NCBI GenBank assembly: GCA_038063855.1
Contig: JBBTUF010000008.1
Coordinates: 1 to 44,331, forward strand
Length of the DNA stretch: 44,331 nt
Reading direction: 5' to 3'
Source: Patescibacteria group bacterium
GTDB lineage: Bacteria; Patescibacteriota; Minisyncoccia; Ryanbacterales; GWA2-47-10b
Within the stretch, counting starts at the first letter, position 1. Every line of letters starts with the position of its first letter. A program made the position numbers and the translations under genes. Shown in pieces: positions 26,780 to 33,357 of this stretch. The notes under the pieces are model-generated. The model worked only from the letters and a program-made list of their open reading frames with translations, did no database searches and was not told the DNA's origin.

Positions 26780-27580
26780 TTATGAAAGACTCTCCAGCTC
26801 TTTTGGGTTATTTTTCTTTCGATATGAATCGCCTGTAATATTAATGATTACAGCATGTTCCATAATTTTATCTAGCGCATCTTCTGTTCTTCGAGGGCTT
26901 CCAAATAAATCCCACTTATCAAATAACTCTACTGAAGTAAAAATAGTTGTAGCTTTTTCTTCATATCGCTTCGTAATAAGTTTATAAAGAAAAGCCGATC
27001 CGTTTTCATCGATACGACTATGAAGTCCGATGTCACCTAAAATAAGTAATTTTTGCTTTATAAGATTCCGCAAAAAACGCTGAGAGGTATCTATATTACT
27101 GATTTTCTGGAAATCTCCAACCAACTCATCTATTCTAAAGAATTTTGTCCGAAATCCATTTTCGATTGCTTTTATCCCAAGCGAGGTTGCTAAATGTTTC
27201 TTACCAACTCCAGACGGACCGAGAATAATAATATTTTGCCCTTTTTCGATAAAGCGGGAAGTGGCAAGCTCTTGGATTTGCACTTCATTAATACTTGGCT
27301 GAAAAAGAAGATCAAAGTCTTCTAGGGTTTTTAGCGCCTTAAATTTTGCTTGTTTTATCCAGAGTTCTCGTCTCCCTTCTTCTTTTAGAGCAATCACCGC
27401 CTTTAGAAATGCTTCGATGTAATCGCAAGGAGGTATCTTTTTTTGTATAGCCGTATCAGCAATATTTTTCAATGAATCATACCCAACTTCAATATCAAGC
27501 AATTTCAGTAAGTGACGAAGACGTTCTTCCTGATTGACTCCGTCGATATAAAAATAACGATTTGGTGTTTTTCTACTCAT
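26780..27580 (-). CDS. istB: IS21-family helper ATPase IstB
   Basis: Walker A GPSGVGKKHLATSLG and Walker B LLILGDIG. Confidence 0.85.
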   Translation of the reverse strand: MSRKTPNRYFYIDGVNQEERLRHLLKLLDIEVGYDSLKNIADTAIQKKIPPCDYIEAFLKAVIALKEEGRRELWIKQAKFKALKTLEDFDLLFQPSINEVQIQELATSRFIEKGQNIIILGPSGVGKKHLATSLGIKAIENGFRTKFFRIDELVGDFQKISNIDTSQRFLRNLIKQKLLILGDIGLHSRIDENGSAFLYKLITKRYEEKATTIFTSVELFDKWDLFGSPRRTEDALDKIMEHAVIINITGDSYRKKNNPKELESLS

Positions 27581-27588
27581 ATCTAATT

Positions 27589-28848
27589 CTATATTAACTT
27601 ATTATAATATGAAATGTCGTGAGCCTTTACGACAAGTGGCAATTCGACTTTATTTGGCGAGTCTATTGTAATATTTTTTTGAATTTCTTTTTTATTGGCT
27701 ATGTGATTTTCATCAATAATCCATGCTCCCCGTACTTTAGACATTGTATGCGAAGCAATACAATGTCCTTGATGGTATATATATACTTTTGAAATTCCTT
27801 TATCAGAAATATCTCTTACATGAAGTTTTTTTCTAGCAAAGTCGCGTGGTACTGAATAAAAATTTAATTTGTATTGTACAAGAGCATCTTTCGTACTATT
27901 TCGTACAAATAACGGGGCAAAATTATAAGTGGGAATTGTAGAGGGAAATTTTAAATTTTCTTTTTCTTGAAGCCATAATGTTAGTGGCTGTTCTCCCGTA
28001 CTTTTATGAACGCGACGCTGAGCTACCCGTTCTATCCAAGCGGTAGTTCTCTGATTTAGATCATCAAGATTGCTGTATGTTTTGCCAAAAATCATGCCTT
28101 GCATGAGATTATAGCGAATATATTTTACTACCGATTCCACTTTGCCTTTTGCACGCGGCCAATATGGCGGACATGCTGATGGGATAAAACCATAATGACT
28201 AGCAAAATCCATAAACGCTGGATTGTAACGAATCTTAATCGTATTATCAGACAGCTTCTCTCTGCCAAGCACAACCGTTTTCATATTATCATATACAACT
28301 TCTTTCGGTATACCAAGCTTTTCAAAAGCATGGAAATGACATTGCTGTAATGTTTGTTGATCTTGTCGTACCACAAACTCAACGTATATTGCCCTACTAT
28401 ACGATAATACGTACACAAAAGCGTATAGCCGTTCTGGTCGACCACTGATATAAATTTTTCCGAAATAACCCCAATCAACTTGTGCTTGGTAACCTGGTGG
28501 AGTTTCGACATGTTTACTAATCTTATATGTGTCTTTTTTACTTCTTTGATTTAAGTAATTACGAACATTACCGTAATTGCCAACATATCCTCGCGCAAGT
28601 AGTTCCTGATAGAGTTTATTGGCATTTTGTATACCAAACTTAATTTGTGTATCAAGGTATTCATAAAATGGCTCAAGTTGATTATTCCTTGTTTGGTGTA
28701 TTTTATTTTCTTTTTTAGGTTGTCTCTGTTGACGAAGATAATTATAAACAGTTCCTACACTCCTTCCTGTTTGCTGAGCAATTTCAGCGACAGTAAACCC
28801 ATTTGTCTGTAAACTAAAAATCAGTAAAATTTCTTCGTGTTTGAGCAT
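27589..28848 (-). CDS. istA: IS21-family transposase IstA
   Basis: N-terminal HTH (FTVAEIAQQTGRSVGTVYNYL), and QVDWGYF followed by a DDE-type catalytic region. Confidence 0.85.
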   Translation of the reverse strand: MLKHEEILLIFSLQTNGFTVAEIAQQTGRSVGTVYNYLRQQRQPKKENKIHQTRNNQLEPFYEYLDTQIKFGIQNANKLYQELLARGYVGNYGNVRNYLNQRSKKDTYKISKHVETPPGYQAQVDWGYFGKIYISGRPERLYAFVYVLSYSRAIYVEFVVRQDQQTLQQCHFHAFEKLGIPKEVVYDNMKTVVLGREKLSDNTIKIRYNPAFMDFASHYGFIPSACPPYWPRAKGKVESVVKYIRYNLMQGMIFGKTYSNLDDLNQRTTAWIERVAQRRVHKSTGEQPLTLWLQEKENLKFPSTIPTYNFAPLFVRNSTKDALVQYKLNFYSVPRDFARKKLHVRDISDKGISKVYIYHQGHCIASHTMSKVRGAWIIDENHIANKKEIQKNITIDSPNKVELPLVVKAHDISYYNKLI

Positions 28849-28864
28849 ATTGTTATAATATAAG

Positions 28865-29009
28865 TGTAGGTTTTATACAAAAAAAGAAAAGATTTGTAAA
28901 AGATTGAAAGCCCTTCTATAAAAGAAAACCCATGCGCTGTATGGGTTTTTGTTCTTTTGATAGTTTTCAATTTTTTACATTTTTCTTCATTTTGGAATCA
29001 AAACTTACA
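28865..29009. repeat. 145-bp repeat, copy 1 (istA-proximal end region of the IS)
   Basis: Identical to 30008..30152 except position 5 (g versus a). The unit has its own terminal inverted repeat TGTA(A/G)GTTTT...AAAACTTACA. Confidence 0.9.
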
Positions 29010-29012
29010 TTC

Positions 29013-29124
29013 TGTAAGATGTGTTTGAAATATGTCTTTTTTGGTTGCCATATTCATATAGCAACCACGGTAACCTATTTATGGCCTATCCACTCCTCGT
29101 TCGGTAACAGTTTTTATGGCCTAT
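29013..29124. repeat. Orphan IS-end-like segment with subterminal direct repeats
   Basis: It starts with TGTAAGATGTG, 3 nt after the CTTACA end of the IS. It contains CGGTAAC..TTTATGGCCTAT twice (29068-89 and 29102-24). Confidence 0.35.
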
Positions 29125-29163
29125 AAGGCGACCTTGACGCCTTCAGCTATCGTCCTTTATACT

Positions 29164-29178
29164 AGGTGTATTACACCT
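29164..29178. promoter_or_regulatory. Perfect palindrome AGGTGTA-T-TACACCT, candidate operator of the TA operon
   Basis: It lies 6 nt upstream of the antitoxin ATG and directly after the TATACT -10-like hexamer. Confidence 0.45.
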
Positions 29179-29184
29179 TAATAC

Positions 29185-29487
29185 ATGAGGAACATGCCAG
29201 TGGCTTATCGAAAACCCGTCTCCGTTTCACTCCCACCCCCCCTTGTCGAGGAGGTCACTCGGCTTGCCAAGCAGCAGCACCAAACGACATCTGAGCTCGT
29301 GCGCGAGGCACTCCGGCGATACCTCTCTGATACCAAGGCGCGTCAGGCCGCGTGGAAAGCGACGCGTGCCTACGGTCGCAAGAAGGCGAAGGAACTCGGG
29401 ATCCGGACCGAAGCCGACGTCCAGCGTGTGATCGACGAGTACCGTCGCGGTGATCTCACTCCGTATGCCCCCGCGCGTCGTCGCTGA
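29185..29487 (+). CDS. Ribbon-helix-helix (CopG-like) antitoxin
   Basis: VSVSLPPPLVEEVTRLAKQQHQTTSELVREALRRYL. Confidence 0.8.
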   Translation: MRNMPVAYRKPVSVSLPPPLVEEVTRLAKQQHQTTSELVREALRRYLSDTKARQAAWKATRAYGRKKAKELGIRTEADVQRVIDEYRRGDLTPYAPARRR

Positions 29488-29872
29488 TTCCAACGTTCTG
29501 ATTTCTGCGCTCCACTGGGGCGGCAAGCCTGCGGCAGTCCTTGACCTCGCCCATCACGGGAAGATTGCACTCTATCTCTCCCCGTTCATCCTTGAAGAAG
29601 TGCATGACATTCTCGCCGTGAAGCTTCTTTGGGACACGCGACGCATCCGCACCGCGCTCGCGAGCCTGCCAGCAACCTGCATTGATCCCGGACCTGAGCA
29701 TCTTACTGTCGTTCGTGATGAGGCCGACAACCGTATCCTCGAATGCGCGCTCGCCGCTCGTGCGGAGTACCTCGTAAGTGGTGACCGCGACTTGCGTACC
29801 CTCGATGCGTACCGACGCATCATGATTCTTTCCCCCGCGGCGTTTCTCAGAGTGATGGTCGAACGAACATAA
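29465..29872 (+). CDS. PIN-domain toxin (PIN_3-like)
   Basis: RVVADSNVLISAL..., ILEEVHDIL and DEADNRILECALAARAEYLVSGDRDL. The ATG at codon 6 of the GTG-initiated track ORF was used. Confidence 0.8.
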   Translation: MPPRVVADSNVLISALHWGGKPAAVLDLAHHGKIALYLSPFILEEVHDILAVKLLWDTRRIRTALASLPATCIDPGPEHLTVVRDEADNRILECALAARAEYLVSGDRDLRTLDAYRRIMILSPAAFLRVMVERT

Positions 29873-30007
29873 GCTGCGCTGACGACCGTCTCCCGCTAGA
29901 GCTGTCGCGCTTGTATTTCCAGCCGCGCGACTTCCTTGACAGATTTCCGCTTTTTCCTATTCTGAAATCAGAAGTTCCCCCCTCGGTCGTTCTTACCCAC
30001 CCAATTC

Positions 30008-30152
30008 TGTAAGTTTTATACAAAAAAAGAAAAGATTTGTAAAAGATTGAAAGCCCTTCTATAAAAGAAAACCCATGCGCTGTATGGGTTTTTGTTCTTT
30101 TGATAGTTTTCAATTTTTTACATTTTTCTTCATTTTGGAATCAAAACTTACA
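30008..30152. repeat. 145-bp repeat, copy 2 (solo, MITE-like)
   Basis: See 28865..29009. It is embedded in GC-rich DNA. Confidence 0.9.
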
Positions 30153-30282
30153 CCTTCAGCTTGTATAGCTCTCGGGTGATGTATGATGAGTCCCGCTCAC
30201 GCATGACGACTCCGGCGAGTGCCGAGTATGCATTCGTGTCGGTAGGCTTGGGATTGCCACTACAGTCCACATAGACCAGCAT
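30148..30282 (-). pseudogene. 5' part of an ORF cut off by repeat copy 2
   Basis: GGAGGAGG, then 5 nt, then ATG at 30282. MLVYVDCSGNPKPTDTNAYSALAGVVMRERDSSYITRELYKLK, then G|TG TAA, where the stop is supplied by the repeat terminus. Confidence 0.35.
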
Positions 30283-30642
30283 TGGAACCTCCTCCGGACT
30301 TCGCCGGCGTTAAAAGGTGGGACCAAAAAAAAAGGCCAGCTTGCAGCTCCGATAAGGAACCACGACTGGCCAATTAAAAGCGACACGGGCCCGTCTCCGA
30401 CTAGGAGACAGTGATCATGCCGACCTCCTATCGGAGGTCAGTCCCGAGTCGAGCGGAACATTAGCTCCGCTTGGCACCCTAGTCAAGGAGAAAATTTAGA
30501 CAGAGAGTGCATTGAAACGAACACTGTTTGTAATCTACACTGGGCGAGCTTACTTTGTCAACTCGCCTGATGACAGCATCCCTTCGTCGCCGATCACAAC
30601 GTTGCCGCTCGAAGAGAGATATCTACGGGACACACAGCTGTG

Positions 30643-30676
30643 AGCCTGCCCTTTGGGCGGGCTTCTTGATTCTAAT
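30643..30676 (+). terminator. Rho-independent terminator-like hairpin
   Basis: agcctgccc ttt gggcgggct followed by tcttgattctaatttt. Confidence 0.45.
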
Positions 30677-30910
30677 TTTCCCCTCCCCCGATGCATGCAG
30701 TCGTCGGCTGGTCTCCACGCTCACCTAGCCAATCCCTTGTTCCAAGGAATGGCTAGGGTAGAATGAAATATGTCCCATATTTCCTCTACTTGTGGTGTCT
30801 TTTTTAAGTATTTTTAAAACTTTTTTAAAATCTTGATCAAATTTAGGTTTATCCCAATATTGTCGGCATATTCATACCGGAATCGCCCGCCGCAATGATG
30901 CCCATCATTG

Positions 30911-30982
30911 CGGCCCCAACGGGAATCGAACCCGTATTTACACATTGAAAGCGTGCTGTCCTAGCCATTAGACGATGGGGCC
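30911..30982 (-). tRNA. tRNA-Glu: tRNA-Glu(UUC), no encoded CCA
   Basis: GGCCCCATCGTCTAATGGCTAGGACAGCACGCTTTCAATGTGTAAATACGGGTTCGATTCCCGTTGGGGCCG. The acceptor GGCCCCA/TGGGGCC is perfect and the anticodon loop is CTTTCAA. Confidence 0.9.
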
Positions 30983-31149
30983 CTCCTACGCTCCGATTTT
31001 CATCGGAGCTTCGAAGGGCAAGCCGGTTTGCTACCAGTACTTGTCCTTCCGAAGCTCAAATACAATAACGAGCGAAGGAGGAGACGATGGAGCCGTTTGT
31101 GCAAATATCCTAGCACTATTTTTTTATAAAAAAAATAGCCAATATTTCC

Positions 31150-31788
31150 CTACCTACCATCAAACGCTCGATCAATAATTGGTGATATAACTTTGTTTGG
31201 CAAGTTAAATAAGCCGACAATTACGCGCGCGAGAGGGTCGTGCGCAAGCGCTGCCTGTTGGCGTGCCGCGTTCCTCCCCGCTTGTTCGAGCGCACGTCTT
31301 CGATACTGCGCCTCTTGTGCTGCAATGCGTGCTTGTTCTTTTGCAAACGCGGCTCCAGCAATATCGTTTGGATTACGCTCAAACTCTGCATCGGCACGCG
31401 CTTGTTGACGAGCGGTTTCTTGAATAGTAGATACATCTCTTTGCGCCTGTTGGCGTGCGATTCGTTCTCGTTCTTGTGTGTATGCATCTCGAGCAATATC
31501 TTGAGCGGTTACCACATACTCATGCCTGTCGCCGGCCTCTGCTTCAGTTGGACTAAACTCCACACCAAGCCCTCCCGAGAGAGCCGTTCCAAGAAGCATT
31601 ACTTTTGCATATTTTCTTACTTTTTCTGGTAATTGAGTAAGAAATCCCTTCCCTTCGTCACCTTCATGAGTTACGCCTTCGCCTAATTTTTCTACAAGCA
31701 TTTCTGCTTCTCGATGCGCGAGCAGAGGCAATTGTGCTTCATGCGACTCTTGTGACCCTGTAGAATCTTCAAAATTTAGACCTTCCAT
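31150..31788 (-). CDS. Hypothetical protein with a Gln/Ala/Arg-rich repetitive coiled-coil region
   Basis: ORF with one TM-like segment. The motif type ARQQA/AAQEAQ recurs. Confidence 0.45.
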   Translation of the reverse strand: MEGLNFEDSTGSQESHEAQLPLLAHREAEMLVEKLGEGVTHEGDEGKGFLTQLPEKVRKYAKVMLLGTALSGGLGVEFSPTEAEAGDRHEYVVTAQDIARDAYTQERERIARQQAQRDVSTIQETARQQARADAEFERNPNDIAGAAFAKEQARIAAQEAQYRRRALEQAGRNAARQQAALAHDPLARVIVGLFNLPNKVISPIIDRAFDGR

Positions 31789-31797
31789 ATAATATTT

Positions 31798-32073
31798 TTA
31801 TGAACTGATAAGTTCTACTAACTGCGCTTCCTCATCTGAAACAATTTCTTGAATTTTCGCGGGGTCATCTCCTGCCGCTATTTTCTTTTTCAAATTATCA
31901 GTAAGCATTACAAGGGCATCCTCATCCTCTGACATAATATCAATGAATAACGAAACTGCCGCAGATGAGACACGAGCCAGCACACTCTGCCACATTATTA
32001 AATCGTCACCGGCGACTCCCCCGCCTTGAAGAATTGCCTCTGCCTTCGTAATAAGTTCCTCTTTTTGCATCAT
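31798..32073 (-). CDS. Hypothetical acidic protein (91 aa)
   Basis: ORF only, co-oriented with the downstream gene. Confidence 0.45.
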   Translation of the reverse strand: MMQKEELITKAEAILQGGGVAGDDLIMWQSVLARVSSAAVSLFIDIMSEDEDALVMLTDNLKKKIAAGDDPAKIQEIVSDEEAQLVELISS

Positions 32074-32155
32074 AATTTAATACTTTCTGTATACCATTTG
32101 TATATAAAATCTCAATGTACAAAAAAATAAAAACACGTTACACTGCCTACCATCA

Positions 32156-32230
32156 GCGCGATTAGCTCAGTGGTAGAGCGTTTGCATGACACGCAAAAGG
32201 CCACAGGTTCGATCCCTGTATCGCGCACCA
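32156..32230 (+). tRNA. tRNA-Val: tRNA-Val(GAC) with encoded CCA
   Basis: GCGCGATTAGCTCAGTGGTAGAGCGTTTGCATGACACGCAAAAGGCCACAGGTTCGATCCCTGTATCGCGCACCA, a canonical cloverleaf. Confidence 0.9.
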
Positions 32231-33357
32231 TGGCATTAAGAAAAACCACAACAATTCTTGCAATAGAAACCTCATGCGATGAAACAGGCATTGCAATTCT
32301 TGACTGCTCTGGTGGCTTTGCGAACCCAAAATTTGAAATTCGTGCGAATGTAATTACATCACAGATTGAACTCCATAAAGAATTTGGAGGAGTTGTACCA
32401 AATATTGCAAAACGTGAGCACATAAAACACTTGCCAATATTACTTGTTGATGCGCTCAAAAAAGCTGGCATTAACCCCGACGCCCTGTGGGATCGGGGCT
32501 CCGACCTTCGACAGGGGTCGAAGCGTCGGAGAAAACCAATTGACGCACTCGCAGTTACCGTGGGACCAGGGCTTGAACCGGCTCTCTGGGCCGGCATCAC
32601 TTTCACACAAGAACTTTCACAAAACTGGAAACTACCCGTAGTTGCAGCAAATCATATGGAAGGGCATATTGCTGCAATCTTGCTCGCACAAAGTGATAAG
32701 TCTAAAGTGAGAAGTGATAAGAAAAAAATTAAGTTTCCAGCAATAGCATTGCTGGTGAGCGGTGGGCACACAGAACTTGTTCTTGTAAAAAACTGGCTCG
32801 ACTATACCGTGATCGGAGAAACGGTTGATGATGCCGCAGGCGAAGCATTTGATAAAGTTGCGCGTATGCTTGACCTCCAATATCCTGGCGGGCCAGAAAT
32901 TAGTCGACTCGCCGAGACCGGTAACCGGTACGCGTATGCTTTCCCGCGCCCAATGATTAATACAAAAAATTATAACTTTAGTTTTTCGGGGCTGAAAACT
33001 GCGGTTCTATACGCGCTTCGTGATTTAAAAAGTAAAAAAATCGCATTCACCAAAAATGATGTTGCCGCTTCATTTGAAGAGGCTGTTGTCGATGTACTGC
33101 TGTTAAAAACAATGCACGCAATCAAAGAACATAATGCACGCACACTAATTCTTGGAGGTGGGGTTGCCGCAAATGTGCGCCTGCGAACGCGCATGCAAAT
33201 TGCCGCAAAAGAAGTTGGTATTCGTATCCACCTTCCTGCGATACAATTGACAACCGATAACGCTGCGATGATCGCGGCTAGCGCATATTTTCATGTAGAA
33301 AAAAATGATTTCACAGGCTGGAAAAAACTCTCAGCGCGTGCTACGATGCCATTGTGA
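32230..33357 (+). CDS. tsaD: tRNA N6-adenosine threonylcarbamoyltransferase TsaD
   Basis: ILAIETSCDETGIAI, HMEGH, LLVSGGHT, DDAAGEAFDK and GGVAAN. The start is MALRKTT, whose A is the last A of the tRNA CCA. The track ORF start at 32170 lies inside the tRNA. Confidence 0.9.
   Translation: MALRKTTTILAIETSCDETGIAILDCSGGFANPKFEIRANVITSQIELHKEFGGVVPNIAKREHIKHLPILLVDALKKAGINPDALWDRGSDLRQGSKRRRKPIDALAVTVGPGLEPALWAGITFTQELSQNWKLPVVAANHMEGHIAAILLAQSDKSKVRSDKKKIKFPAIALLVSGGHTELVLVKNWLDYTVIGETVDDAAGEAFDKVARMLDLQYPGGPEISRLAETGNRYAYAFPRPMINTKNYNFSFSGLKTAVLYALRDLKSKKIAFTKNDVAASFEEAVVDVLLLKTMHAIKEHNARTLILGGGVAANVRLRTRMQIAAKEVGIRIHLPAIQLTTDNAAMIAASAYFHVEKNDFTGWKKLSARATMPL

Larger units (their letters stand above)
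26744..29009 (-). mobile_element. IS21-family insertion sequence (istA-istB). The istA-proximal end is at 29009. The istB-distal end was not identified.
   Basis: Two-gene IS21 layout. The terminal sequence, read on the minus strand, is TGTAAGTTTTGATTCC. Only 36 nt separate the istB stop from the uppS start, and no matching inverted repeat is seen there. Confidence 0.65.

Noticed and set aside
29227-29823. Several overlapping ORFs on both strands in the TA region (for example 29227..29526-, 29243..29431+, 29572..29823-)
   Set aside because: Long spurious ORFs are expected in GC-rich DNA. The RHH and PIN frames have clear family motifs and the others do not.
28865-30152. The 145-bp direct repeats as a CRISPR-like or tandem array
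   Set aside because: There are only two copies, separated by 1 kb of coding DNA. They have their own terminal inverted repeats and sit next to an IS21 transposase, which fits an IS-end or MITE origin. No short regularly spaced repeats occur anywhere in the window.
32112-32606. 164-aa minus-strand ORF, and the 32170 start of the plus-strand track ORF
   Set aside because: Both overlap tRNA-Val(GAC). The conserved TsaD N-terminus begins at MALRKTT (32230), and the minus-strand ORF is antisense to tsaD with no recognisable features.
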